A stretch of 60,871 bases of DNA from NCBI GenBank assembly GCA_944358455.1, contig CALVRE010000004.1, positions 1-60,871 of the forward strand, written 5' to 3'. Within the stretch, counting starts at the first letter, position 1; each line of letters begins with the position of its first letter. Below are positions 9,925 through 20,316 of the stretch, one piece after another. The stretch comes from an uncultured Bacilli bacterium. GTDB lineage: Bacteria; Bacillota_I; Bacilli_A; RF39; UBA660. The notes under the pieces were generated by a model. That model was not told the origin of the DNA. It worked only from the letters and a program-made list of their open reading frames with translations, and searched no databases. The translations under genes and the position numbers were made by a program.

Positions 9925-10326
9925 ATGAAACGAAAAGAAAAAATATGGTTGATGATAACTTCATTCGTTCTGTTGTTACTAATTTTATATGTTGTCTATT
10001 ACCGAGAAGAAAAGAATTTTCATCTTTATATAACATATGAAACCGAATGCAACGAAGAAGCAATTTTGTATATGGATCGTGATTATTCATACTATACTGT
10101 TTGTATTCAAAATATCGATATCAAATTGAAAGGTCATGCCAAGATGTCCCTTAAAGACGCTTTCGAACAAAATCTCGTTTCCTACTCTAGCCTTGTAGAC
10201 GAACTAGAAAAGAAAGAAGAAACAATCTATCAAGGTGCTGGATATTATTTGACGATGTGTGAAAATGATCGTGTCATCATAGGAAGTAAACCTTATAAAA
10301 ACCTATGTTATGAAAAAGAAAACTGA
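9925..10326 (+). CDS. Hypothetical membrane-anchored protein
   Basis: ATG at 9925 follows an AGGTGAT SD. One N-terminal TM helix. A hairpin terminator follows. Confidence 0.45.
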   Translation: MKRKEKIWLMITSFVLLLLILYVVYYREEKNFHLYITYETECNEEAILYMDRDYSYYTVCIQNIDIKLKGHAKMSLKDAFEQNLVSYSSLVDELEKKEETIYQGAGYYLTMCENDRVIIGSKPYKNLCYEKEN

Positions 10327-10345
10327 AGATGATCTTCAGTTTTTT
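10323..10345 (+). terminator. Rho-independent terminator
   Basis: CTGAAGA / TCTTCAG stem, 3-nt loop, then TTTTTT. Confidence 0.65.
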
Positions 10346-11355
10346 AATGTTTTAGATAATGAAATGGGACTCTCGATCGCTTTTTCCATTTCATCTCGAT
10401 GTTCTTTACTTTGAAAAAACATCGTAATTGCATGATTTTGCAAGATAGAAGAAAAAACATAATTTCTTTTTAATTCATCAGGCAGCAAATTACTTTTTTG
10501 ACCAAAATAGACAACCAATTCTGGAAAACAAGCTTGATTGATATATGGTTCTAAACATTCATAATATTGATCTACAAGATATTGCCCAGCTAAAATGGCA
10601 AGTGCACGTGGATATTGAGTCGCAATCGAAAAATTTTCTTCGCATTCCTCACTCTTACATAATTCTTCTTTCCAATCATTCATCATATCACGTAAACGAT
10701 AAGATGCATAATCCAAAAAAGAATAACGATGAAGTATGACACCATATAATCGATCCATAAAAGAGGCTTTTTGAAACAATTCATCTCCAATTAAAAAATC
10801 GGATAATAAATAAAACCAATAGTTTTTATTCTGTCTGATACCTTCCTCGTGTTCTAAATAGAAAGCATCTCCTATTCCAAGCCACATAGGATAATGAACC
10901 ATCAATCTTTTATTCTTCAACATTGCACTTCGACGATCAACTTCATCTTCAAAATCAGCTTCAGAAATAACGGTTTGGTAATATGGTTCTCGCATTTCGA
11001 CTTGATTTGCATATTCCATCCCATAAAGATAAAAAAGACGATCTTCCATACACAAATCAGGATGATATTCGTAACTAATTGTGATAGAAGAATCATGAAC
11101 TGCAAATCCAAAATTTTCTTCAAAAAGCTTTCGTAATACTGCGATTTCTTGAATCAAACGACGATCATGAAAAATATAAATTGCTCGTTCGTGGATATTG
11201 CCTATTTGGGATCTCGCATATATATGATAAGTGCCGGCCATACTCAAAGCATCATACTGTGATGATTGGAAATAAAACGAACCAGGACATTCTTTTTCCA
11301 TATAGTCAATTTCTTCCTCTAACCAATCTATGACATATTGTTCTTCCTTCTCCAT
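10336..11355 (-). CDS. Hypothetical cytoplasmic protein
   Basis: 339-aa uninterrupted ORF with no TM segment. Rich in aromatic and acidic residues. No family recognised. Confidence 0.45.
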   Translation of the reverse strand: MEKEEQYVIDWLEEEIDYMEKECPGSFYFQSSQYDALSMAGTYHIYARSQIGNIHERAIYIFHDRRLIQEIAVLRKLFEENFGFAVHDSSITISYEYHPDLCMEDRLFYLYGMEYANQVEMREPYYQTVISEADFEDEVDRRSAMLKNKRLMVHYPMWLGIGDAFYLEHEEGIRQNKNYWFYLLSDFLIGDELFQKASFMDRLYGVILHRYSFLDYASYRLRDMMNDWKEELCKSEECEENFSIATQYPRALAILAGQYLVDQYYECLEPYINQACFPELVVYFGQKSNLLPDELKRNYVFSSILQNHAITMFFQSKEHRDEMEKAIESPISLSKTLKN

Positions 11356-11407
11356 TTAACCCACCTTGGATTTATTGTACGAAAAAGAAATACAAAAGAC
11401 AAGAATT

Positions 11408-11653
11408 TTAAAACATTTTATCGATATCCTTTGGGACTTTATCGTTGACAACTGCTGCGACGATTTTATCCTCTTTTTCTTTTGACACTTCTTTTCCTGT
11501 CATCTTTCCTAATTCTTGAATCACTTCACGAAGTGTCCCTTCATTTTTTAAATCATTTTGTTGTAATTTTTTTGCTAAATCCATAATCGTATCCTTTCCT
11601 ACATTGGTTTTCTTTTCTACTTTATTAAAAAAATTATCTGTAAAATTAAACAT
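11408..11653 (-). CDS. spoVIF: Stage VI sporulation protein F
   Basis: 81 aa, MFNFTDNFFNKVEKKTNV......LAKKLQ......E.T.R.VI..L.....K.VSKEKEDKIV....N, like B. subtilis SpoVIF/YjcC. Start trimmed to ATG at 11653 behind GGAGGG. The longer track ORF would overlap der. Confidence 0.65.
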   Translation of the reverse strand: MFNFTDNFFNKVEKKTNVGKDTIMDLAKKLQQNDLKNEGTLREVIQELGKMTGKEVSKEKEDKIVAAVVNDKVPKDIDKMF

Positions 11654-11671
11654 CCTAAACCCTCCTACTCT

Positions 11672-11698
11672 TAGTGTATGAATTTGAGAAAAAAGGGT
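11672..11698 (-). promoter_or_regulatory. Possible mother-cell sigma (SigK/SigE-type) promoter for spoVIF
   Basis: On the minus strand, AC-N16-CATACACTA lies about 18 nt upstream of the spoVIF start. It resembles the CATA---TA -10 element of SigK/SigE promoters. Recognised by eye only. Confidence 0.3.
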
Positions 11699-11753
11699 TA
11701 TCAAAAAAAAAAGACCATTAACAAAATTTACTTTGTCAACAGTCTGAAAAAGG

Positions 11754-13082
11754 TTATAGTTCTTCTTCTCCTTTATTTTTAAATTGTAAAACGATAGGTG
11801 TCCCTTCAAAATCAAATGATTCACGCAATTTATTTTCCAAATATCGTTCATAAGAAAAATGAATTAATCCTTTACTATTCACTTGAATATGAAACGTTGG
11901 AGGTTTGATCCCTACTTGTGTTGAAAAATAAATTTTTAAACGTTTTCCTTTATAAGTCGGAGGTAGATTAAGCGCATATGCATCCGTTATCACATCGTTT
12001 AATACATTTGTCTTGATCTCACGTTTACTATTCTCATAAACACGTAAAACTTCAGGCATCAAGGTATGAATACGCTTCGTTGTCTTAGCGGATAAAAAGA
12101 CAATGGGAGCATAAGTCATAAATTGAAAATGGGCACGAATATCATTCTTCCACTTTTTCATTGCCTCGTCCTTGTCTTCGATGACATCCCATTTATTAAC
12201 AGCAATAACAACCGCCTTACCAGCTTCTAAAGCATAGCCAGCAATATGTTTATCATGCTCAATAATTCCTTCTTCGGCATTGATCACAATGACGCATACA
12301 TCGGAACGATCAATAGCCTTTAAAGATCGAAGTAAACTATATTTTTCAATATTCTCATAGACTTTGCCACGTTTACGCATTCCCGCCGTATCGATCACGA
12401 CACATTCTTGTCCATGATAAGTAAATGGTGTGTCAATTGCATCACGAGTCGTACCCGCCACATCACTGACAATCACTTTATTCTCTCCTACAATAGCATT
12501 AACCAAACTACTTTTTCCAACATTTGGTCTTCCAATCACACAGAATTTCAATATATTTTCATCATATTCTTCTTCTATTTTAGGAAAATCACGAGTAATT
12601 TGCTCTAATAAATCATAAATTCCCTCATTTTGTTCTCCTGAAACATTGATATAATCTTCAAATCCTAATTCATAAAAATCATATAGATGTTCACGACTTT
12701 CCTTACTATCCATTTTATTCATTGCCACGACGACTTTCTTATTTGCCTTCATCAACATATCACGTACAACCAAGTCATTACTTGTAAGACCCTCTTTCGC
12801 ATCGACGACAAAAACAACGACATCTGCTTCTTCAATCGCAATTTCTGCCTGCATTTTAATTTCTTCGTTGAACGCATCATTACCAAGATCAATACCACCT
12901 GTATCAATCAAGTGAAAATGATAATCTTTAAATGTTACACTACCATATACACGATCCCTCGTAACTCCTGGAGTATCTTCGATAATGGCAATCTTTTTTC
13001 CTACTAAACGATTAAAAATCGTCGATTTTCCCACATTAGGTCGACCAACTAGCGCGACAACTGGCTTCTTCATAATATCCAC
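11754..13082 (-). CDS. der: Ribosome biogenesis GTPase Der (EngA)
   Basis: Two tandem GTPase domains (GRPNVGKSTIFN and GRPNVGKSSLVN, each with DTAG/DTGG) plus a KH-like C-terminus. Confidence 0.92.
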   Translation of the reverse strand: MDIMKKPVVALVGRPNVGKSTIFNRLVGKKIAIIEDTPGVTRDRVYGSVTFKDYHFHLIDTGGIDLGNDAFNEEIKMQAEIAIEEADVVVFVVDAKEGLTSNDLVVRDMLMKANKKVVVAMNKMDSKESREHLYDFYELGFEDYINVSGEQNEGIYDLLEQITRDFPKIEEEYDENILKFCVIGRPNVGKSSLVNAIVGENKVIVSDVAGTTRDAIDTPFTYHGQECVVIDTAGMRKRGKVYENIEKYSLLRSLKAIDRSDVCVIVINAEEGIIEHDKHIAGYALEAGKAVVIAVNKWDVIEDKDEAMKKWKNDIRAHFQFMTYAPIVFLSAKTTKRIHTLMPEVLRVYENSKREIKTNVLNDVITDAYALNLPPTYKGKRLKIYFSTQVGIKPPTFHIQVNSKGLIHFSYERYLENKLRESFDFEGTPIVLQFKNKGEEEL

Positions 13083-13173
13083 CTCAATTTCTCAATTATT
13101 ATAGCATATATTTCTTTTTAACTAAAGAAAAAATGAGGATATTTTTATTTCCCATAAAATCCATGACAATCTT

Positions 13174-13668
13174 TTAAGTAGTCTGAAAAACTTTACCACT
13201 ACTAATAATCATATCCGTATCTTGATAAACTAACACACTTTTTTCTAACAATGCTCCAATTTCTAATTCCGTAAGTTCTAGTTGAGGTAAAAAATAACAT
13301 TGATTGTGATAAAAATAGCAAATTCCTTTTTTCTTTAACTTCTCAGGTATTTCAAAACAATCTTCGAAAAGATAAAGAAAGCGACAATTGCGATCAAGTG
13401 TAATCCGCATATCAATTTGATTAAAAGAAAATTCATAATAGTCAATATCCTCTTTTTCCATATTTAGAATCATACCATAGCTATTATCATAATAAGCATC
13501 GATTTCATAATAACCATTTATCGTCATACGATAGCCTTTTTTCAATCTCAAAAAGATCGACTTTAAATAATCTTCTAACTCTTGTTTCTGTAAAATATCA
13601 AAATGATCGATATCATAATGGTTCAAAAAAATCTCATAATGATTATAATCGTTTTTCAATACTTTCAT
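13174..13668 (-). CDS. Hypothetical protein, possibly a MecA/YpbH-like adaptor
   Basis: 164 aa. The N-terminus (KNDYNHYEIFLNHYDI) and the C-terminal FLYLFED...YFYHNQCYFLP pattern loosely recall MecA. Weak, by-eye similarity only. Confidence 0.3.
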   Translation of the reverse strand: MKVLKNDYNHYEIFLNHYDIDHFDILQKQELEDYLKSIFLRLKKGYRMTINGYYEIDAYYDNSYGMILNMEKEDIDYYEFSFNQIDMRITLDRNCRFLYLFEDCFEIPEKLKKKGICYFYHNQCYFLPQLELTELEIGALLEKSVLVYQDTDMIISSGKVFQTT

Positions 13669-13716
13669 CGTATCACCTAAAGTATTGTATGTGACTTTAT
13701 CATTTATGAGATTGAA

Positions 13717-14298
13717 TTAACAAACTCTTTCGATTTTTTCATGAATCTCGTCTTTGCCCATTTTCGTAACATTGGAGAATACGACAAAATCATTGCCGAC
13801 GACAAGTTCAAGTTCATCGAGAATCTGATTGCGATGTTTTTGATGTAGTGTAACGCCAACTTTATCAGCCTTGGTAGCAACGATCGTAACAGGAATATTA
13901 TAATATTTCAAAAAATTATACATCATAATGTCGTCACTAGTCGGTTTATGACGAAAATCGATCAACATAAACACTTGCTTTAAATTAGGGCGATTCGTCA
14001 TATAATCTTCCATCATAAGACCAAACTTTTTTCTTTTTGCTTTACTTAAATTAGCGAATCCATAACCTGGTGCATCCACTAAATAAAAAGTATCGTTGAC
14101 TAGATAAAAATTGATTGTTTGTGTTTTTCCAGGATTGGAAGATGTCCTAGCATAATTTTTCCGGCTGATAATCGTATTGATAAAACTGCTTTTTCCAACA
14201 TTACTTCTTCCTACTAATAAAAATTCGGGTTTATTATCAGTCGGATATTGACTGCGTCTAACTGCACTAACGGCCAAATTAACACTCGTTATTTTCAT
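13717..14298 (-). CDS. engB: Ribosome biogenesis GTP-binding protein EngB/YsxC
   Basis: EFLLVGRSNVGKSSFIN, DAPGYGFA and TKADK motifs. 193 aa. Confidence 0.9.
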   Translation of the reverse strand: MKITSVNLAVSAVRRSQYPTDNKPEFLLVGRSNVGKSSFINTIISRKNYARTSSNPGKTQTINFYLVNDTFYLVDAPGYGFANLSKAKRKKFGLMMEDYMTNRPNLKQVFMLIDFRHKPTSDDIMMYNFLKYYNIPVTIVATKADKVGVTLHQKHRNQILDELELVVGNDFVVFSNVTKMGKDEIHEKIERVC

Positions 14299-14485
14299 AT
14301 GACACCATCCTTGTTTTTTTCATTATAACATCACCAACATTTATTTGTCAAAAAAACAGAAAAAGCATATCATAAAAGACCTTCCTAGATGTCTATCAAA
14401 TGACCTTTTTTCTAGAAACCAATCTTTCCTTACTTTTAACTTTTAAAATTTAAAAAAATATAGTATAATGTATTAAGGTGATATT

Positions 14486-15070
14486 GTGAACTATCCAACT
14501 GGTGTAAAACAAGGAAGACATAATAATATAACCTATGGAAATCGAGGAATGGGATTAGAGAGTGATGTCAATGTAACCAATGAATACTACTTGTTACATG
14601 ATAAAGCTGTTATTCATAAAAAACCTACTCCGATTACCATCTCGAAAGTCGATTATCATTCTCGCGTCGACGCTGTTATCAAAGAAGGATATTTTAGAAC
14701 TCCTTCCACTACCGATTATAATGGTGTTTATCGTGGGCGTTATATCGATTTTGAAGCGAAAGAGACGACCATCAAAACATACTTTCCACTACGTAATATT
14801 CATGAACATCAAATTAGACATTTGAAGAAAATTATGGAACATGGCGGAATTGGATTTGTCATCGTTCGTTTTACAACGATTAATGAAACTTACTTTTTAG
14901 ATGGACCAAAACTAATGAATTTTTTGAGTCATGAGACACGAAAATCAATCCCTATTTCTTATTTTAGAAAAGAAGGATATCTACTCAAGGATAAGTTTCA
15001 ACCAAGAATTGATTATTTAGAAATTATTGATAAAATATATTTTGGAGGAAAAAAAGATGAAGAAATTTAG
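14486..15070 (+). CDS. recU: Holliday junction resolvase RecU
   Basis: RGMGLE...N.YY.....[10 protein letters not shown]....VDY and YIDFEAKET motifs. GTG start behind an AAGGTGAT SD. recU-ponA synteny. Confidence 0.85.
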   Translation: MNYPTGVKQGRHNNITYGNRGMGLESDVNVTNEYYLLHDKAVIHKKPTPITISKVDYHSRVDAVIKEGYFRTPSTTDYNGVYRGRYIDFEAKETTIKTYFPLRNIHEHQIRHLKKIMEHGGIGFVIVRFTTINETYFLDGPKLMNFLSHETRKSIPISYFRKEGYLLKDKFQPRIDYLEIIDKIYFGGKKDEEI

Positions 15071-17948
15071 TTTAAAAAAAGTCAAAAAATGGATCAGTGA
15101 ACATCCACAGACAATTGCGATTGCCATTTTAAGTATTATCGCCGTATTAGTGGGAAGACTTGCAATCGGATGGATGAAAGCCATTCTCATCGTTGGTATC
15201 ATCGATCTATTACTATGCATCCCTGCTATTTATCGCAAAATAACAGGTAAGAAAAAACGTAAACTAACCAAATCGGAGAAGAAAAAGAGATGGAAATATT
15301 TCTGGATTGGTATTTTCAGTTTATGTATCATAGGACTCATTGCTGTATGTATGTTCTTCTATATGATCGTCAAGAATGCCCCAGAATTTGATCCGGACTT
15401 ACTTTACCAAAAAGAATCGACCATCATATACGATACAGATGGTACGATCTATGCAAAACTAGGAACAGAAAAACGTGAGAATATCTCTTATGAACAATTG
15501 CCTGAAGTATTAGTTGATGCCATCGTCGCAACCGAAGATTCTCGTTTCTTCCAACATAATGGATTCGACTTACCACGTTTCTTGGTTGCTTCATTTAAAC
15601 AACTATTAGGTAATTCAAATGCTGGTGGAGCTTCCACTTTGACAATGCAAGTTGTAAAAAACACTTATACTTCTACTACTTCTCAAGGTTGGGAAGGTAT
15701 CGTTCGTAAATTTACCGATATCTACATGTCCATCTTTAAAGTAGAAAAGAAATATACCAAAAAAGAAATTATTGAATTTTATGTCAATTCCAACTATCTA
15801 GGTGGAGGTGCTTACGGAGTTGAACAAGCTTCTCTCACCTATTTTGGAAAAAGTGCAAAGGATCTTAATTTAGCAGAAGCTGCTATGATTGCTGGATTAT
15901 TCAATGCTCCTGATTATCTAGACCCATATGTCAATCCAGAAGGTGCTGAAGCGCGAAGACAAACGGTTCTCTATTTGATGGAACGTCATGGTTATATTAC
16001 TTCAGAAGAAAGAGCCATTGCTAGTAAATTAACAGTCGAAGATTTATTAGTGCAACATGAAGAAACAACAACTTACCAAGGATTTATCGATACCGTTGTA
16101 GAAGAAGTAAAAGATCGCTTAGGAGTCGATCCATATACGACACCACTTGAAATCTACTCTACGATGGATATGGAAAAACAAGCATATCTAGATAATATTA
16201 TGAGTGGAAATACTTGGACATGGGAAAATGATGCGGTGCAAGCTGGTATCATGGTATTAGATGTCGATACAGGTGCGATCGTCGCCGTTGGTGCAAATCG
16301 TACTGGTAAGAAATTACAATATAATTATGCTACTATGACCAAACGTCAAATCGGATCAACCGCAAAACCACTTTATGATTATGGTCCTGGTATCGAATAT
16401 AACAATTGGTCAACTTATACACCGTTCACAGATGAACCTCATGCTTATTCTGATGGAACAGTCATTCAAAACTGGAATCGTAATTACGAAGGATTCAGAA
16501 CCATGCGTGAAGCACTCCGCGTCTCTCGTAATATACCGGCATTAAAAGCCTTCCAGAATGTTAAAAATAGTGATATCAAAACGTTTGTTACCAATTTAGG
16601 TCTATCTCCTGAATTAGAAGGTAATATCGTTCATGAAGCACATGCTTTAGGTGGATACAATGGTGAATCACCACTTTCGATGGCTGCTGCTTATGCCGCT
16701 TTTGCTAATGGTGGATATTATAATGAACCATATAGTGTATCTAAAGTTGTTTACCGTGATACTGGTGAAGTTTGGGAATATAAAGGTCAAAAGAAACGTG
16801 CTATGTCTGAAGAAACAGCTTATATGGTAGCAGATATGTTGATCGATAGTGGTCAATACGGACTTAGTCGTTGGTCTAATATCAATGGTGCTCAGTATGG
16901 TGCTAAGAGTGGTACATCGAACTATGATGCAGCTAAGATTAAAGATATGGGTTACCCTTCAAATGCAGTAAATGATCTATGGATCACTGGTATTAATGCC
17001 GAGTATGCAATTTCCTTATGGTATGGATATAAAGAAGCAATACCAGAATATACTAGCACAACCAACACAACGGCCCATCGTAGGCTCTTCCAACAAGTCG
17101 CACAAGGCTTCTGGCAAGCAGGTGTTACGTTCACAAAATCAGATGGTGTTGTGGAAGTAGAAATCGAAACCGAAACCTACCCTGCTCAACTAGCAAGTGA
17201 AAATACTCCAGAAGATAAGAAAATTACAGAACTCTTCAAGAAAGGTACTGAACCAACAGAAACATCAAAACGTTTTGCAGCTCCAGATGATGTCAAAGCA
17301 GTTGATGCAACATTCGAAAATGGCGTTATGACTCTTAGTTGGGATGCCGTTGCAACTCCTTGGGGACTCGATCAAGCCAACGCAGAAAGTCTTGGAAATA
17401 GTTTGTTTGGTGATGAAACAGAACGTAATAAATTTATCAATAGTTATATGAGTTATAATAGAAGTGTGTTAGGAGAAGTTGGTTATAATGTTTATCGTAA
17501 GCGTAGTGATGGATCATTAGAACTACTTGGATTTACAAAGGATACAACATTCGAACACAACATTACTTCGACAAGTGAAGCTATCACTTATGTAGTAAAA
17601 GCTACTTATACGATTTTAAAAGCAGAAAGTAGTGGCAGTGAGACAACGTATCGCTTCTCAGAAACAGATGCTATCATAACTGGTGAATTAAATGGTAGTA
17701 AAACAGTCAACTTCACCATTGGTGATCCCGCTTATGAAGATCCAGGTGTGACAGTACTTGATAACTTAATTGATGTTACAAGTAAAGCAACAATCGAAGA
17801 AACAATCGTTCGTAAATCTGATAACAAAGAAGTAGAAGAAATTGACTTTACAAAGGCAGATACTTATACCATCACCTATAAAGTCACATATAAAACCTAT
17901 ACAGAGTCCTTTGTTCGAACGATTATCATCAAAGAGCCTAGTGTTTAA
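15057..17948 (+). CDS. ponA: Bifunctional class A penicillin-binding protein (PBP1A) with extended C-terminus
   Basis: GT51 motifs ([20 protein letters not shown]), transpeptidase motifs (STAKP, SRN, KSGT), then about 270 extra residues with Fn3/Ig-like character. ATG at 15057 follows GGAGG. Confidence 0.9.
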   Translation: MKKFSLKKVKKWISEHPQTIAIAILSIIAVLVGRLAIGWMKAILIVGIIDLLLCIPAIYRKITGKKKRKLTKSEKKKRWKYFWIGIFSLCIIGLIAVCMFFYMIVKNAPEFDPDLLYQKESTIIYDTDGTIYAKLGTEKRENISYEQLPEVLVDAIVATEDSRFFQHNGFDLPRFLVASFKQLLGNSNAGGASTLTMQVVKNTYTSTTSQGWEGIVRKFTDIYMSIFKVEKKYTKKEIIEFYVNSNYLGGGAYGVEQASLTYFGKSAKDLNLAEAAMIAGLFNAPDYLDPYVNPEGAEARRQTVLYLMERHGYITSEERAIASKLTVEDLLVQHEETTTYQGFIDTVVEEVKDRLGVDPYTTPLEIYSTMDMEKQAYLDNIMSGNTWTWENDAVQAGIMVLDVDTGAIVAVGANRTGKKLQYNYATMTKRQIGSTAKPLYDYGPGIEYNNWSTYTPFTDEPHAYSDGTVIQNWNRNYEGFRTMREALRVSRNIPALKAFQNVKNSDIKTFVTNLGLSPELEGNIVHEAHALGGYNGESPLSMAAAYAAFANGGYYNEPYSVSKVVYRDTGEVWEYKGQKKRAMSEETAYMVADMLIDSGQYGLSRWSNINGAQYGAKSGTSNYDAAKIKDMGYPSNAVNDLWITGINAEYAISLWYGYKEAIPEYTSTTNTTAHRRLFQQVAQGFWQAGVTFTKSDGVVEVEIETETYPAQLASENTPEDKKITELFKKGTEPTETSKRFAAPDDVKAVDATFENGVMTLSWDAVATPWGLDQANAESLGNSLFGDETERNKFINSYMSYNRSVLGEVGYNVYRKRSDGSLELLGFTKDTTFEHNITSTSEAITYVVKATYTILKAESSGSETTYRFSETDAIITGELNGSKTVNFTIGDPAYEDPGVTVLDNLIDVTSKATIEETIVRKSDNKEVEEIDFTKADTYTITYKVTYKTYTESFVRTIIIKEPSV

Positions 17949-17974
17949 GGTAAGAAATCATTCTTACCTTTTTT
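17947..17974 (+). terminator. Rho-independent terminator of ponA
   Basis: AAGGTAAGAA / TTCTTACCTT 10-bp stem followed by a T-run. Confidence 0.7.
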
Positions 17975-17995
17975 ATGTATAAAAAAAAGAAGACA

Positions 17996-18406
17996 TTATC
18001 TTCTCGCTTTACGAACAACATAGATGATCATACCAACTACAATCACTCCAATGCCACCAATAATATAATAATAATATTGATCCTCTTTCGATGTTGTTTC
18101 CTCTTCTTCTTCATCTTTTTCAATTTTTATAATATATTCTCCATCTTTGGAATAAAGATAGTTCTCTCTCGCATACCTTGCAATATATTCAGGATCCTGT
18201 AACTTTTGAATTTCTGTCTTTAAGGTTTGTTCTTCTTCTTTTAAAGATAACAACTTCTCTTCTAATTCACTCTGTTCTTTTTGTAACTTGGCAATGGAAA
18301 AAGCATATGTGGTTAAGCTTACGAAAAAATAACCCATTAAAAGACAAGAAATCGTACCAAAAATAAGCAAACGTCGCTTCGATGCACGACTGACTTTTTT
18401 TCTCAT
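17996..18406 (-). CDS. divIC: Septum formation initiator DivIC/FtsB family
   Basis: N-terminal TM, coiled coil (LQKEQSELEEKLLSLKEEEQTLKTEIQKLQDPEYIARYARE). Unusually, a second hydrophobic segment at the C-terminus. Confidence 0.7.
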   Translation of the reverse strand: MRKKVSRASKRRLLIFGTISCLLMGYFFVSLTTYAFSIAKLQKEQSELEEKLLSLKEEEQTLKTEIQKLQDPEYIARYARENYLYSKDGEYIIKIEKDEEEEETTSKEDQYYYYIIGGIGVIVVGMIIYVVRKARR

Positions 18407-18435
18407 AAACTCACCATCCTAGCATAGTAAGTATA

Positions 18436-18723
18436 TCATTTTTTAAAGCGTTTGGCAATTCTTTTATGAAAAGCCGTTTCTAGGACATAACCACCTATGA
18501 TCAGTAAAAAAGAATAAATATGAATAATTCCATAGTTAATTTTCTGTAATATCCAAAAGAAAAACAAAACATTAACGAAAACAAACAGACAAGTAATAAG
18601 GTACCTTGCCCATCTTTTTGACTGATATAGCCACTTTTGATTCACTTCTAATAAAAAGGAAAAGAATATTCCATAGAAAAAAGAAAAGAGAATGACGATA
18701 ATCTGCGTTTTTAAATTCATCAT
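18436..18723 (-). CDS. yabQ: Spore cortex biosynthesis protein YabQ
   Basis: 95-aa polytopic membrane protein immediately downstream of, and overlapping, yabP. This matches the conserved yabP-yabQ-divIC order. Confidence 0.6.
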   Translation of the reverse strand: MMNLKTQIIVILFSFFYGIFFSFLLEVNQKWLYQSKRWARYLITCLFVFVNVLFFFWILQKINYGIIHIYSFLLIIGGYVLETAFHKRIAKRFKK

Positions 18724-19007
18724 TTAAATAACTTACTAAATACTCCATCCTCTTTTTCTTTTTTACCACTTTCTACATATTCCAAACTGTTTACTTTTCC
18801 TTTGATCGAAACCGTTCCTTGAAAAGTATCTAGTTTAATAATTTCCAATCCTTCTCCTTTAATAATAATATAACCCATACTAGTGTCCATTAAAAATTCT
18901 TCATTATCAAAACTATCAATTTTCTTTACTCCCGTAATCGTAATATTTTTTCGATCAGTCATCGTAATATTATGATTAAGAGATGATATCGTCGTATCTT
19001 TATCCAT
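18720..19007 (-). CDS. yabP: Sporulation protein YabP
   Basis: HNITMTDRKNITITGVKKIDSFDNEEFLMDT..G.IIIKGEGL.I..LD...G.V.I.G matches the YabP family. Confidence 0.8.
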   Translation of the reverse strand: MDKDTTISSLNHNITMTDRKNITITGVKKIDSFDNEEFLMDTSMGYIIIKGEGLEIIKLDTFQGTVSIKGKVNSLEYVESGKKEKEDGVFSKLFK

Positions 19008-19054
19008 ATGTATCCTCCTATTAGTAATAACATATGAACATGTCCCATTATTTA

Positions 19055-19103
19055 GAACAAAAAAATCATTCAGCGAAAATTAATGAGAAAGCTGAATGAT
19101 TTT
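19055..19103 (-). terminator. Long-stem terminator at the end of the phosphatase gene
   Basis: AAAATCATTCAGC / GCTGAATGATTTT 13-bp stem spanning the stop codon, followed by T7 on the minus strand. Confidence 0.55.
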
Positions 19104-19676
19104 AAAAGTGTTATTTCTAGGATCAAACATCACTTCGTTAATGGCAATATTGTAAAGATTGACATACTTAGGAAAATCGCGAAAAGGAATATTTAAAATA
19201 AAACATAAAAAAGAGCGAATGGCATCATAATGGGAAGAGATTAAAATCGTTTTGCCATCGTTTTCACGTGCTATTTTTGTAATACAAGCAACCACTCTTT
19301 TTTGAACCTCTATATATGGTTCTTGCCCCGGAATAATATTACGATTTAAATATTCTTTACGAATTGGATAAAGATCTGGGTACTTTCTTTGCATTTCCTC
19401 ATCTGTCAATCCATCAAAAACACCATAATTAGCTTCGCGCAAAGCATCACAAATGATTGGCTCTAAACCATGAGAAAGGGCCACAGGAAAAATAGTCTCT
19501 CTGGTTCGTTTCATAGGACTTGAATAAATACGATCGATTTTAACAGAACGGAGGCGCTCAGTAAGCATCACCGTTTGTTCATATCCAAGTGGCGATAATT
19601 CTTCTTCTGTCGCACCACTCCATCGTCCCTCTAAATTGGCCATACTTTGAGCATGACGTACCAAGATAATATGTAC
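19080..19676 (-). CDS. Histidine phosphatase family protein (phosphoglycerate mutase-like)
   Basis: IILVRHAQS.AN..GR catalytic RHG motif and a later SSHYD. ATG at 19676 follows GGGAGGAA. Confidence 0.75.
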   Translation of the reverse strand, partial: VHIILVRHAQSMANLEGRWSGATEEELSPLGYEQTVMLTERLRSVKIDRIYSSPMKRTRETIFPVALSHGLEPIICDALREANYGVFDGLTDEEMQRKYPDLYPIRKEYLNRNIIPGQEPYIEVQKRVVACITKIARENDGKTILISSHYDAIRSFLCFILNIPFRDFPKYVNLYNIAINEVMFDPRNNTFKIIQLSH

Positions 19677-19716
19677 CATCTTTTCCTCCCAACCCAAGAA
19701 AAAAACTCATACGAGT

Positions 19717-20001
19717 TTATTCTTCTACCGTAACCGTAGGATTTTCTAGTTCTTTTTCATAAGCATTCAAGATTGCATCTTGGAACATTGCTCTTACTTC
19801 TGAATTGATTGGATGTGCAATATCACGATATCCACCAGTTGCAGTCTTACGACTTGGCATAGCAATGAATAATCCATTGTCACCTTCAATGATTCTAATA
19901 TCATGAACTGCAAAACAGTCATCTAATAGAACTGAAGCGATACCTTTCATTCTAGAATCTTCTTTGTCTACTCTACGTACATTTACTGATGTTATTTTCA
20001 A
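19717..20001 (-). CDS. spoVG: Septation / sporulation regulator SpoVG
   Basis: LKITSVNVRRV......MKGIASV.LDDCFAVHDIRIIEG.NGLFIAMPSRKT..G.YRDIAHPIN is the canonical SpoVG sequence. TTG start at 20001. Confidence 0.88.
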   Translation of the reverse strand: MKITSVNVRRVDKEDSRMKGIASVLLDDCFAVHDIRIIEGDNGLFIAMPSRKTATGGYRDIAHPINSEVRAMFQDAILNAYEKELENPTVTVEE

Positions 20002-20086
20002 GTAAATCTCTCCCTTCAGTATATATTTATACATTTTCATTATATAATACTTTTCTTTTAAATGCAATACGCAATTAAAAATATTG

Positions 20087-20308
20087 TCAATAATCAATAT
20101 GAATCGTCTTAGTAATAATATCAGAATAAGAGAATGATTTTATTTCTTTCGTATATTCATTTTTCATTTCCACCAAAAAAACATAATTATATAACTCTTT
20201 AATCGTCACACGATATTTTTCGTATTTATTTCTTCCTAAATGATATTTGATCGTAACATCATCACCAATATGATTTTTAAGTTCATACTTCACTTGTTCA
20301 ATCGTCAT
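20087..20308 (-). CDS. veg: Veg (DUF1021) biofilm/sporulation-associated small protein
   Basis: 73 aa. IK..L..HIG..V..K...GR.K.....TI.ELY..VF.VE........SFSYSDI.T..I matches Veg. Confidence 0.8.
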   Translation of the reverse strand: MTIEQVKYELKNHIGDDVTIKYHLGRNKYEKYRVTIKELYNYVFLVEMKNEYTKEIKSFSYSDIITKTIHIDY

Positions 20309-20316
20309 AATTCCCC

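Noticed and set aside
11654-11851. N-terminal extension of the spoVIF ORF (track start 11851) that would overlap the der 3-prime end
   Set aside because: The SpoVIF family begins at MFNFTDNFF. That ATG has a GGAGGG SD and a sporulation-type -10 box upstream. The extension is a hydrophobic, low-complexity read-through of the intergenic region.
9385-13007. Antisense or alternate-frame ORFs inside spoIVA, the 339-aa gene and der (9385..9723, 10545..10739, 10894..11136, 10917..11123, 12408..12608, 12430..12618, 12687..13007)
   Set aside because: Each is embedded in a gene with clear family motifs. Composition is typical of non-coding frames in AT-rich DNA.
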